A DNA stretch of 64,000 nucleotides from assembly GCA_024137785.1 (NCBI GenBank), contig JAHRHZ010000282.1, positions 710,401 through 774,400 on the forward strand. Direction: 5' to 3'. This DNA is from Ginglymostoma cirratum (lineage: Eukaryota). Of this stretch, positions 52,185 through 64,000 are shown in pieces. The translations under genes were made by a program, and so were the position numbers. The stretch's first letter is position 1, and every line of letters begins with the position of its first letter. The notes beneath the pieces are model-generated. The model searched no databases, was not told where the DNA came from, and worked only from the letters and a program-made list of their open reading frames with translations.

Positions 52185-53290
52185 AGGGTTGCTGCACAGT
52201 AATAGACAGCCGTGTCAGTGAGCAGCACCTCCGAGATCGTCAATTGGTACAACTTTTCTGACTGCTGGACTGTACCAGAAAACCGCTTCTGAGCAAAATC
52301 TGCCTTAAATTCAGTACTGCTGCTCTTGAGCCTCTGGACTGCGAACTCGGGCTGACTGCCAGGGTACTGACGATACCAAAACAAGTAATAAACACTGTCG
52401 GGGTAGGTGCAGTTGAAAGAGACATTTTCTCCCTCTGTTTGTGTGAGTGAGGGCTCCCTCTGAGTAACATAAACTCCATCGCTCGGATCTGGAACACAAG
52501 GTTAGAGAAGGCGTAAGTAATTGATTAAAATTTCAGTTGAAAGTTCGAACTGATGGTAAAAAAATAAACTTGCATTCGGTGTGGCATGAAATTAGACAGC
52601 AATGTGAACACGACATGAAAAAAAAAAATGCAAATAACTCCGTTGGCCGGCGAGCTCAGTTTTGAACAAGGCCTCTGGGACTCTAAACTGTTTTAATTCC
52701 GTTTTCTCTCCAAGATAATACCAGACGTGAAACTTTCCCAGAAAAATCTGTTTTACTTTTGAACATTAAACTGACTTCAGAAAAACTATGCATTATCCTT
52801 GCTAACAAGCCACACGAGAATCCATCATCCCATTGCTCTAGTTTTAGTTGCATGCCCATCTTTCCATTTCTTCATCATCTGGTTAGCTGACGTCTCCTTC
52901 ATGGTCTGACTCAACCAATCCTTAAGACAGTGAGTTCCATATTCTAAAGCGAAAGCAGTATTGCCCATTTTTCCTTTTGGATCGTTATTCCGACTCAAAT
53001 GAAGCATCTCAGTGTGCATCAAAGTTTTAAAATCGATTACCCCTGAATATTGGGTTCATCATTGTAAATATTCTTTTAATGTTTTGAGTTCCTTCCTTCT
53101 TCTTGCAAAAAATGGCTTAAATCTGTTCAAATTAGCTCAAGGGTAATGCAACAAAAGACTAATGTTTAACGAAAAGAATACTGATTTGGTTCACACTTAT
53201 TAACAGAGAACTCGAGCGTTTCCTTTCACTGTCAAATTTCTTACCGACAAAGAGCGTCACCAATATTAGAGTGAAAATGGAGAACTGCAT
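52185..53290 (-). CDS. TCR alpha/delta-type V gene segment (leader 53290-53245; V exon 52488-52185), apparently intact
   Basis: Leader MQFSIFTLILVTLFV G|gtaag; acceptor ttccag|AT. VYVTQREPSLTQTEGENVSFNC..YLFWYRQYPGSQPEF..RFSG..LTISEVLLTDTAVYYCAA. Confidence 0.88.
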
Positions 53291-54124
53291 CACTGCTGAT
53301 CTGGTTCTTGGGGATTTGTTTGTATCACATAAATCTGAAAAGTAGCGAATGACAGAAAAAAAGCCTGAGATCATTCGTTGAGAATGGTCTGCTATCACTT
53401 TGTTCACAGCAAGTAGCTACAACCACTACATATGATTGGTTCAGTGTCATTTATGACCCGGTAGGTCTGACATCTGCCTCACAATACCGACAGCCGGTTT
53501 TCAAATAAATCTGACAGTCTGCTCTTTAATCTGAAATGTTCTCCACTCAAAGAAGTAGATGTGCAAAGTAGACGAGGATCTTTTGTTAATTTTCTTCACA
53601 GTCATAAATCAGAATGAATTTTTTGATGCGTTTGGCTTTGATAAACTTGCCACTAGTGATACACAAGGTGACTTTTGTCACTTTCCATAGAGAGACACAG
53701 CTATGTAATGGATGGCATTTGTGAAGCTGAGAGAGCATTTGTGAACCAGCATGGGTAGTGGAGCTTGTCCACTCGGAATGTATCAGGATTTGTTTTTATT
53801 GTTGGGAGCTGGAAATAATTGTCCAGGATTGTTCCTACAAACAAAATATATGCCAGTGTTGGATAAACATCCTGGTTCAATTGAGGTTGAGGGGCTCTAT
53901 CTTTGGGTTTTCTTTTAAAGATCAGTGTCAACCCCATGAAAAATGTACTCATTACACATTCTTAGTGAATGAATCAGAAATAGAACCCCATCAAATAAAC
54001 CTGACGAACAGACCACAGTGCACAGTTGCAGGGAAATGACAGCAAAGATGTGGAAAGGTTGACAAATATTACACGCAGAGAAACTGCTCCAAATGATAAA
54101 ATAATGTCATTAAATATGTGTAAA

Positions 54125-54815
54125 ATTTGTACATTCGCCCCGTGTCTGTGTTGGTATGTTCCAGGCGCGCAGGTTTCTTACTGTAATCTAAAGAGGTGCA
54201 GGGTAGATCGATGCGTTGTGCTAAATTGCCTCGTGATGTTCAGAATTGTCGAAGCTAGGTTGACAAACCATGGGAAAAGCAGGGTTACGTGGTTGGGGTG
54301 GGATGCTTTTCGGAAGGGCGGCGTGGACGTGATGGGTCGAATGGCCTGCTTCACTACTGGAGGGAATCTATGATTTCTATTCTATGAATAAATTTAAAAA
54401 TGCCAGTTTCAGTGAATAGAAGAGTTGGAGTAAAATAATATTAGTCTTTCTGTCGTCATCAACTCCCATTGATCAATGCTGTGATTTCGTATGCCCTTTG
54501 GGTGGTATGGTAGCTCAGTGGCTAACACTGCTGCCCAAAGAGCTAGCCCGGGTTCAATTCCAGCCTGGGGCGATTGTCTGTGTGGAGTTGGCAATCATCA
54601 CAGCGGGTTTCTCAATGGTGTTCCTGTTTCTTCCCGCAGTCCAAAGATGTGCTGGTTAGGTAGATTGGTCATCTAAATTCTCCAGGCATGTACAGGCTAT
54701 CTGAATTTGGCTGGTCAAACACAGGGCAAGGGTACATTTGGGTGGGATGCTCATTGGAGTGTTGGTGAGATCTCAATGGACTGAATGCCCTATTTCCACA
54801 CTGCAGGGATTCTAT
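54125..54815 (+). mobile_element. Two tRNA-derived SINE copies (partial ~54125-54385; ~54498-54815)
   Basis: ggtggtatggtagctcagtggctaacactgctg..cccgggttcaattccagcc; shared core and tails. Confidence 0.75.
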
Positions 54816-54920
54816 CATTTTTCGCTGAAGGTGTCTGTTGGCGTGAAATTATTGCTTCTTTTTATTTGTGTTAGTGCACCCTCTACTGGACACTACTGGA
54901 ACTCTCGGTGTGGGGGAGGG

Positions 54921-55440
54921 TGTTTTTGGAAACAATCGACGTATCTCGACATAAATGTGCACTTCATGGCACAGAAATAAACCGTGTTGTGGGACAGAAG
55001 AGCCCCAAAGATACGTAGAGGAACCGTTTTGTTCTTTTTATTTAAATCAGCAGAGCCCCTTTTTGCTGCTCCTAAACGTTTCCCTTCAAGCCCTGCGACC
55101 TACAGCTTCGAGGAGTACCTTGGATTTTTCCCGGGCTAATTTGTGTACCAGAACACAATCAAAGAAAGGATAGCTGTGTGTATTTACTTTCGAATACCAC
55201 TGTCTGAGATTCTAGAATTGCTAATTCAGATAAATCCTGTGGCACCGAATTCTAACCACACAATCCTATAACACAAATGCAGAATGATTGAAAACTCAGG
55301 GAGAATGTATAATTCCTGGATGATATACTAACTATTTTACTATGAGAGTTTAACAGAAAAGTATGCCTGAACTTTTTCCATATGTTAACCTTGTTCAGAG
55401 TCATACTTCGCTTATGAAGAAAGTGAGCAGAGTTTTTCAG
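54921..55440 (-). pseudogene. TCR V pseudogene with 23-RSS
   Basis: Minus strand: acceptor at 55266, NSVPQDLSEL..ESQTVVF, VFWYTN*PGKNPRY, DLNKKNKTVPLRI..LSHNTVYFCAMK. Heptamer cacattt (54959-53) + 23 nt + ccaaaaaca. Stops and a frameshift; decayed leader ~55390-55440. Confidence 0.85.
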
Positions 55441-55899
55441 GAACAGGACTTGCTGCTTTGTCAGAACCAATGACAGATATTCTCCAAATAATGACAGTTA
55501 CATAAAATTACTTTCTGCCATTCTTTCTCTTACTCAATGAGATTTTTCAGGCATTTCATTCATTTGATCAATCCTGTCAATTTTATCAGTGTCTGTCACT
55601 GCCTGTACATCTGTCTGCCACTCCTTCCAGCTTTTCAAGACGGTGTGGATTCTGGAAAAATAACACTGAAAACAATAGACACAAGTGTTTTACTCATTTG
55701 ATAAATAACACCTCATCACATTGAGTTAAAACAAAAAAACGGTGCATATTTTAAATCTGAAACAAAACAGAAATTTCAGGAGAAACTCAATAGTTCTGGC
55801 CTTATCTTTGAAAGCAAAGCAGAGACAACGTTTAGAATGCGGTGACCCTTCTTCAGAATCAAAGAGGAAACATGTTTGGTGCAAGTGAAGATTTCAGTG

Positions 55900-56818
55900 C
55901 AAGATCGCGACAGAGAATCTGTTTGCTACATCTGAAGGTTTTTCTTCAAACCCCGTGACACAAATTTGCAGGAAGTATCTCGGATTTTTCCCGAGCTCCT
56001 CTGCTTCGCCAGTTCCTATTCGTTTGTATTTCTCTTTTGTTCTCTTTGCTGAAGTTTTTCTTCCCCTCGCCCGCACCAACTTCTAAATCCTTAAACTTAC
56101 CCCAAGGTAATGCAGAATAGAGCAGGCAATCCCAGTGTGCGAGACGACTGGTTGACCATATCAGCGCGGGAGGCGAGTCAAGTTGGCCAGGGCCCGCCAC
56201 GAGAGGCAGTCGGAGTCCATGCCGGCCTCGGAGGTGAGTCTGACAGGTGAGCCGTGAGGTGGAGTATGGCAAGGGAGGCAGTCTGAGCACAGGCCAGCCT
56301 GAGAAATGAGTCCTGAAGGCGAGTCGAGGGCCGCAGCACAGCGCAGAAGACTGACTGAGCCCAGGCCCGGGACGGCCTGGAAGACAAGTCGTGGAGGCAA
56401 GTTCTGCTGGTGAGGTCTCGGGCCGGAGTCTGGCCCGGGAGGGAATCTGAACCCAGGCCGGCCCGGGGCGACCTGTCCTGGTGGCAGGTTTCTTGACATA
56501 GTGCGAGGATGCACCGAAGCCTCCTGTTCTGAAGACGGCTGGCATGGACTCAAAGTAAAGGACTGTAACTTGTGTAATTTTTTAAAATGCTTTTATTCTT
56601 ATTCTGGACTTTGATTAATTCGAGTATTTTTTTAAAAAACTTTGTATTCCTATGTTAATTTCATTTTTACTCCTCCAATTCTGTCACAAATACCTAAGTA
56701 TCTGTACCTACGTATCCTGTCATTAAGATGGCACCAAAGCTGCGATGTCATGAGCTGTTCATTGCACTCATTCGAGTGCACTTGGCAATGAAGACCATTC
56801 TATTCTATTCTATTCTGT
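55900..56818 (+). mobile_element. Putative non-autonomous retroelement with GC-rich internal repeats and L2-like tail
   Basis: caagatcgcg head, pyrimidine tract and repeated gagg(c/t)gagtc units at 56170-56480. Ends ctgtaccta..aagatggcacc..ttcattgcactcattcgagtgcacttggcaat + (tattc)n. Confidence 0.45.
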
Positions 56819-57559
56819 CTCTTTCTACTTCTCTGCTGCAAAGACAGTGACATTTGTGTAATACATGTAAGTTCAAATGAACCATCCCAAGCGCTGCTTA
56901 GGGACTTTCTGAAAGAAAGACTAACACTGAGCGATACATCAGGGAAAGTGAGAAACAACTCAGAGAAAGACTTCAGCCTTTCAAAATTGCTTTCAAGGGG
57001 GATAGTATGGATTTTATGGTCCAGTGAATTTAGACGGTTCCTATCATTGGTTGAAGGAGCTTTTGCCTTCCACAGAAATCCTCAAGACATTGGAGAACTA
57101 TTTTGTTGAGTACTTTATACATCGGAACACGAATGGCTACGGGCCAAGTGCTGAAAACTGAAATTAGAAAAGATGGCTGTCGATGACTGGCACTTACACG
57201 ATAGGCTGAAGGACCTTGTCTGTGCTGTATTACTCGATGATTTGATCGGCCTAGAGGAGCAAAAAGTTCTCATAAAGAGATGTAAAGCTGTGTCATTAAA
57301 AACGGATGTAAGCCTGGGTGGTGTCTTACCTGGCGGCCTAGTGCTTAGGATTCGGCAATTTCACTGTTGCAAGTTAAGTTTGATTTCTGGGCAGGGAAAA
57401 GACGATTTGTTATTCCTGTACAAACGTTAAAATGGACTAGGAACTCCTGATAGTGCCAACAGCAAAAACAGAACAACCCTATAGAACTCCTGTGGGTTTT
57501 AAATTAGAGACAAAAGCATCATAAGTAGCTGGGACCTATTAAGAAATTCTTCTGTAACA

Positions 57560-59770
57560 AAAACAGAAATTGCTGCAAATTCACAACAGATTTGGCAGCA
57601 TCTGTGAAGATAAATGAGAATTAACAGTTTGGATTCAGTGATCCTTCTTTAGAACTGATGGTAGTGAGGAAACTGTTGGTTTTATGCAGAAGCTAGAGAG
57701 GGGATTCGGGTGTAATGAATAAACTATAAGTTGAGATGGTTCCAAAAGAAAGTGAAAGACAATTGGAGTAACTATCAACCTCGGGGAATGAATGGTTGCA
57801 AATGGGAACTATTGGTGCGTAACAATGTAAATGGTGGACGTGTTCACAATTACGACATTTAAAAAACATTTTGATAATTACATGGACAAGAGGTTAGGAC
57901 GGATATGGGTCATAACCAGGCAGATGAGACTAGTTTTGCTGTGATTATGTTTGGCAGGGACTGTTGCTGTGCCGCAAGACTTTGATTCAATGATAACAAG
58001 ACCTGATGTGTGGGATGGAGGACAGCGTGGCGAAAGAGCTGAAGCCCCAAACTTGTTGGAGTCGATATTTAGTCCAGAAGACTGTACGGTTCTAAAAATC
58101 AAACGATGTGCTGTTCTTCCAGCTTGAGCTGAGTGTCACTGGAGCACTGAGACAGAGATGTTTGCCGGTGACAAGGTGGTGTGTTGAAGTGGCAGATAAC
58201 GGCATGTTCAGGGTCTTTTTTGCGGACATAACGTAGGTGTACTGAGAAGAAGTCTCTCAATGTATGCTTCATCACCCCAATGTAGAGTACCGTGAATGCA
58301 GCAAGCCAGATTAAGTGAAATACAGGTAAAGTGTTCGTTCACCTGGGAGGTCCATTGGGCCCTGGGACATTGAGAAGAAAGGAAGTAAACCTGCGGAATG
58401 AATGGGAAGATGCCGTGGGGCCGCGGTAGGCGACGTGTTTGAAGAGCAAGTGGATTATCGTGTTTCAGATGGAATGGTCCTTGAAGAAAGCTGACAACAG
58501 AGGGGAGCAGAATATGTCCCTGGTGGTGGCACCCCGCTGGATGTGGTGGAAATGGCATGTAATAATCTTCTGGATATGGATGCTTGTGGGATGGTAGTTG
58601 TGGATAAGGGGACCCTATTGCTTTTATCAGAGAGAACAAAGTGAAGGAGAACTGAAGTGCACGGGATTGGTCGAATCCAACTTCGGGCCCTGTCAACTAC
58701 AGTGCTCGGAAAACGTCGTTTGAGGAAGAAGGTCGACATTTCGTCGACATTCCTATCGAAATTGCCATCATCAAAACAGATGCAGAGAAGACAGAGGAAC
58801 TGCGAGAATGGAGGAGATCTTTGCAGGAAGCAATGTGTGACGAAGTATAGTCAAGACACCTCTAGGTGTCGATTGGTTTGTTGTGGATATTGGTGACCAG
58901 CGTATCACAAGAAATAGAAGCAAATATGTCAAGGAACGAAAGGGAGAATAAGAAGTGGGCCAAGTGAAAGCGAGACCGGGTTGGAAATTTGAAGCAAAAT
59001 TGATAAAGCTTTCCAATTTCGAACAAGGGAGGGAAGCAGCACTCATGACATAATCTATATGTTGGAGGAATAGCAGTGTGAGGGGCTTAATAAGAGTGTA
59101 ACAAGAAATCTTCCACGTACCTCACAAAGAGACATGTGTAACTGAGATCCTTGCAGATACCCATGGCCACATATTTTATCTGAAGAAAGTGAGAGATGTT
59201 CAAAGTGAAGTTGTTCAAAGTGAGACTGGCTCAGTCAGGCGGAGGAGAATAATGGCTCATTGGGACGGCGCAGGCCTTTCTCCCAGGAGAAAGCGGAGAA
59301 CCTCGAAACCGCCCTGATGGATCTGGATGTATTCCAGGGATTGCAAGTCAATGAGAAAAATGAGGTTGTTGCACCCTCCAAACTGGAAATTCTGAGATTG
59401 ACATAAAGCATCAGAGGAATTGCAGACGTAACCGGGAAGGGACTGCACGAGTGGAGAACAACAACGAGTTGTTGAAGAAAGAGATAAGTTCTGCGGGGCA
59501 GGAGAGGCAAAACAATGGGTCTGCCCAACAGTCTGTTTGTGGATTTTGGTAAGGCAGTAAAACCGAGTTGTGTTATTTAGGAGACTATGATTTTGGAGGA
59601 AGTTGTGGGGAGGTTACCGGATGGAATGAAGTTGGAGACGGTAGCCTGATGTTGCAAGATGGTGTCATGATCCAGGAAGAAAAAGGAGGAAGTATCTGAA
59701 ACCTGGCACTCAGCCTCTACAACGTAGTGATAAATCTGCATGAAGGTAACAGCACCACCTTTGTCAACTC
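57560..59770 (-). mobile_element. Degraded Penelope-like element
   Basis: Minus-strand peptides parallel the 1705-3590 element: MSTFFLKRRFPSTVVDRA, LESFINFASNF, GRPIV, HFTCISLNL. Terminal repeat at ~57560-57660. Confidence 0.8.
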
Positions 59771-59999
59771 GCGTGAATACAAATTCAGGGAACAGATCGA
59801 GTTTAGGTAAATACCCTAAGGCATATTCCTCTGCACCTAAGTATTCAGTTGGTCCTAAATACTGGATGCAGTACTATACACCGTGCCTCACTTAAACACA
59901 CAAGATCTGAGGAGCCTTGACATACCTTTGTAAAATTTGTAAAATTTGTTTCCTTTTCTGTGATAATCTTAGACAAGAAAGGCATATTCTCAGTATTAG

Positions 60000-60275
60000 A
60001 GTTGCACATTATGGCAGAGATGAGGAGGAATTTCTTCTTTCTCAGACTTGTGATTCTGTCGAGTTCTTTACTGCCGAGTCGATAGAGGCTGGTTCATTAA
60101 GTATATACAATGATGTAATAGACAGATTTTTAATCAGTAATGAACTGGAGGGCTCTGGGGAAAGGCAGGAAAATGGAGTTGAGTACTTTTGGATTAGCCA
60201 TGATAACATTGAATGGTGGAGCAGGCTCGATGGGTTGAATGGCCTACGTTTGCTCTCACTTCTTATATTCTCAAT
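60000..60275 (+). mobile_element. CR1-type 3' fragment
   Basis: gagatgaggaggaatttcttc..gaatggtggagcaggctcgatgggttgaatggcctac. Confidence 0.7.
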
Positions 60276-60679
60276 ATGAAGCTGCATAATTAAACTGCAG
60301 AAACTTAAAAATGTCTTTATACCTGCACGCAATTGAACTACGGTGAGACGCGCAGAGGGAAACATATGACAGAGAGCCATTTTGGCTGATGGATTCAGAA
60401 TGATCTATGTGCCATGGTACACAGTGAAAACTGTCAACGGACAGAAAAAAAGACAGGCATTTCAACTGAGCCTTGTATCACACCAGGGCAATGGAAGGAA
60501 CATTGGAGCAGATTAGTCCGTGTAAAACTGTAACTTTGATTGTTGTAATCTAATGAAGGAGTGAGTGTTTGATAAAAATGCTGATTCGAAAAATGAACCT
60601 AATATTTTCCTCCAGAAATGTCAAATCTGTTTCTCTCCACAGACGCTGCCATACCTGCCGAGTTTCGCCAGAAATTTCG

Positions 60680-61705
60680 AGAACATAGAATAGTACAACA
60701 CAGTACAGGCCCTTCAGGCCACGATGTTGTGCCGAACTTTTATTCCAAACCTAAGGTCTATCTAACCTCCACCGCTACGTTATACTATAATCCATCTGCC
60801 TATCTAATAGCCGCTTAAATACCCCTAATGAGGCCGACTCCACTGCCCTCTCTGGCAATGCATTCCACGCCCCTACCACTCTCTGAGTAAAGAACCTACC
60901 TCTGACGTCTAACTTTGAGATCGACCTCCTTTCACTTTAAAACTATGTCCCCTCGTAAAAGCTACCTCCATTCTAGGAAAAAGTCTCTGGCTGTCTACTC
61001 TATCTACACCTCTGATCATTTTGTACACTTCTATCAAGTCACCTCTCATCCTTCGTCGTTCTAAAGAGAAAAGCCCAAGCTCTCTCAACCTTTCCTCGTA
61101 AGACCTTCCCTCCATTCCAGGCAATATCCTGGTAAATCTCCTCTGCACCTTTTCTAAATCTTCCACATCTTTCCTGTAATGAGGTGACCAGGACTGGACA
61201 CAATACTCCAGATGTGGCCGAACTAGGGTTTTGTATAGCTGGAGCATAACTTCACGGCTCTTGAACTCAATCCCTCTATTAATGAAAGCTAACACACCAT
61301 ACGCCTTCTTAACAACTCTATCCACCTGGGTGGCAGCTCTCAGGGAACTGTGAACATGCACCCCAAGATCCCTCTGCTCCTCCACACTGGCAAGAATCTT
61401 TCCGTTAAACCTATATTCTGCTTTCAAGTTTGCCCTTCCAAAATGAATCACCCCACACTTTTCAGGGTTAAACTACATCTGTCACCTCTCAGCCCAGTTC
61501 TGCATTCTATCAATGTCCCTTTGTAATGTAGAACAGCCCTCCGCACTGTTCACAACGTGACCCACCTTCGTATCGTCCGCGAACTTGATAATCCACCCTT
61601 CCACTCCTTCATCCAAATCATTTACAAAAATCACAAATAGAAGAGGACCCAGAACAGATCTTTGTGGTATACAACTCGTAACTGAGCACCATGTTGAATA
61701 TATTC
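60680..61705 (-). mobile_element. Young CR1-type LINE 3' part
   Basis: ORFs 61482-61721 (SVLGPLLFVIFVNDLD..KFADD) and 60909-61451 (YKTLVRPHLEYC..GDLIEVYK); tail agaacatagaa. Confidence 0.92.
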
Positions 61706-62009
61706 TGTAAACTGTTTCCATAAATTTCTGTTTGTGTATGTTTTCTTTTCAGACAAATATATGGAAAACAGATAGGAGCAGTGGTTCACAGGTCATCATT
61801 CAGACAGGGGGACAGTGGGTCGGGACTGCGGGTGGTGCTTTAATTTAAATACGAAGAAGTTTGCTGTGCAGGAACTACGTGAGGAATACGGAAAGGCTAC
61901 AGAGAGGGAAACTAAAAAAAAAAGATTGAAAGGTCCAAAAGGAGGGCATTGTGGAATGAATCAATGCCTGTGTGTAGCAGTTCCCGGACGTCCAAATGTT
62001 CAGTGGTTA

Positions 62010-63640
62010 CATAGAACATAGAACAGTACAACACAGGACAGGCTCTTCGGCCCACGATGTAGTGCTGACCTATTATCTTACTCTAAGATCTAACTGTGGT
62101 GCATACTCTACATTTTACTATCCTCCATGTGCCTACCCAAGAGTCGCTTAAATGTCCCTAATATATCTGACTCCATTACCACCACCGGCAGTGCATTGCA
62201 AGCACTCACCAATCTGTGTAAAGAACCTACCTCAGGCATCTCCCCTGAACTTTCTTCCAATCACTTTAAAATTATGTCCCCTCGTAATCGTCATTTCCAC
62301 CCTGGGGAAACGTCTGTGGGTATCCACTCAATCTATGCCTCTCCTCATCCAATACACCTCTATCAAGCCACCTCTCATCATCCTTTGCTCCAATGAGAAA
62401 ATCCCTAGCTCCCTCAATCTTTCGTCACATGACCTGCCCTCCAGTCCAGGCAGCATTCTGGTAAATCTCCTGTACACCCCCTCTGAAGCTTCCACATCCT
62501 TCCAATAATGAGGCGACTAGAACTGAACACAATATTCCAAGTGTAGTCTCACCAGGGATATATATAGAGCTGCAGCATAGCCTCATGGCTCTTAAACTCA
62601 ATTCCCCTGCCGATGAAAGCCATCATACCATGCACATTCTTAACAAGCCTATCAACTTGGGTAGCAACTTTGAGGGAAATATGGACATGGACCCTAAGAT
62701 CCCTCTGTTCCTCCACACTGCCAAGAATCCTACCATTAACCCTGTATTCTGCATTCAAAATGAATCCAAAATGACCTTCCAAAATGAATCACTTCACACT
62801 TTACCGGTTTGAATTCCATCTGCAACTTCTTTGCCCAGCGCTGCATCCTGTCAATGTCCTGACGCAACTTACAACAGCCCTCCACACCCATCCACAACTC
62901 CACCAACGTTTGTTTCATCGACAAACTTATTAACACACACTTCTACTTCCTCATCCAAGTCGTTTATAAAGATCACAAAGAGCAGGGATCCCAGAACAGA
63001 TTCCTGCGGAACACAAATGTTCACTGAGTCCCAGGCTGAAGACTTTCTATCTACTACCACCCTCTGAGCTTCTAGAGGACAGACAGTTCTGTATCTAGAC
63101 AGCCAAATTTCCCTGAATCTCATGCCTCCAAACTTTCTGAATGAGCCTACCATGGAGAACCTTATCAAATGCTTTGTGAAAATCCATATACACCATATCC
63201 ACTGCTCAACATTCCTCAAGGTGTTTTGTCACACCCTCAAAGAATTCAATAAGGATTGTCGGCATGACGGGCCCCTCACAAAGCCATGCTCATTATTTCT
63301 AATCAAACTGTGCTTTTCCAAGTAATCATAAATACTATCTTTCAGAATTCACTCCAATAATTTGCCCACCCAGAAGTAAGACTGGCTGGTCTGTAATTTC
63401 AATGATTATCCCAATTCCCTTTCTTGAACAAGGGAATAACATTTGCCACCCTGCAATCATCTGGTACTGCTCCAGTGGACCGTGAGGACGCAAAGATCAT
63501 CGCCAAAGACACGGCAATCCCTTCCCTCGCTTGCCATGTAACATTGGTCATATATTGCCTGGCCTAGTGGGCTTATCCATCTTCTATTTTTTCAAAATTT
63601 GTAGCACATCCTCCATCCTAACATCAACCTTGTTCACATT
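62010..63640 (-). mobile_element. CR1-type LINE fragment
   Basis: VPQESVLGSLLFVIFINDLD and EQRDLRVHVH motifs with frameshifts; tail catagaacatagaac. Confidence 0.9.
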
Positions 63641-64000
63641 CACTACCTATCCTCTTATTAGCGCTGAATTCTCCATGAATTATCCCCTTTCAGACATTAC
63701 CCAGTTCCCCTCTGGTGGCACTAACTTAAGAAATACAATCATGGACGAGATTCTGGAGTTTCGTCAGGGCCTGCGCACACTGTGCCTCAGTCAATGGTAT
63801 CAGTAATTGGGCATTTCATTCTTAAAAGGATTTTGGAATACAAATTCTTACTTTAGAACATGATGTTACCCTTTTTTTTCTTTAAATAAAACGTTCAAAC
63901 TGACCCAAACCACCCTAATTTATATCAGAGTGTATCTACAATCTCATTCCCCTTGCTATACAACGTGTTACAGAGAACGCGACAGGAAAGAGGGAAAGGT

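Noticed and set aside
52572-52617. Nearer ATG..gcaagt as the leader for the 52.2k V
   Set aside because: Encodes MSCSHCCLISCHTE, not a signal peptide, and needs a GC donor. The 53290-53245 exon is far better.
55946-56553. Overlapping 199/130-aa ORFs
   Set aside because: Products of GC-rich repeats in a repeat element; stop-poor by composition.
3039-60430. Isolated CACAGTG/CACTGTG heptamers (e.g. 3039, 5457, 12602, 23183, 31441, 54014, 60420) as D/J RSSs
   Set aside because: No nonamer at 12 or 23 nt and no FGxG J motif. No D, J or C segments are supported.
1-64000. CRISPR arrays, rRNA, bona fide tRNA genes
   Set aside because: Eukaryotic DNA; no repeat-spacer arrays. The tRNA-like A/B boxes are SINE heads.

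Overview
Vertebrate genomic DNA, most likely a cartilaginous fish (shark). This is inferred from the repeat families (CR1 LINEs, tRNA-derived SINEs, Penelope-like elements) and the two-exon GPR139-like GPCR paralogues. Two multigene families are interleaved. (1) GPR139-like class A GPCRs: two apparently intact, divergently oriented two-exon genes (7652-9779 minus; 21953-26314 plus), an orphan frameshifted exon 1 (34894-34961 plus) and an orphan frameshifted exon 2 (~38715-39472 minus). (2) T-cell receptor alpha/delta-type V segments with leader exons and 23/24-bp-spacer RSSs on both strands: two intact, one open but lacking Cys23 and Trp41, three clear pseudogenes and up to three more decayed relics. 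Most of the pseudogenes are invisible in the ORF track. No D, J or C segments were found. All three GPCR exon-1 copies share an upstream CTAATTnnCTCCCTGYAG motif resembling the homeodomain + Olf/EBF composite of olfactory-receptor regulatory DNA. This suggests, as a hypothesis only, an unrecognised chemosensory-type receptor family embedded in a TCR V cluster. The rest is transposon-derived, including Penelope-like elements with hammerhead-ribozyme motifs. There are three assembly gaps. No database searches were run; family names come from motif recognition.
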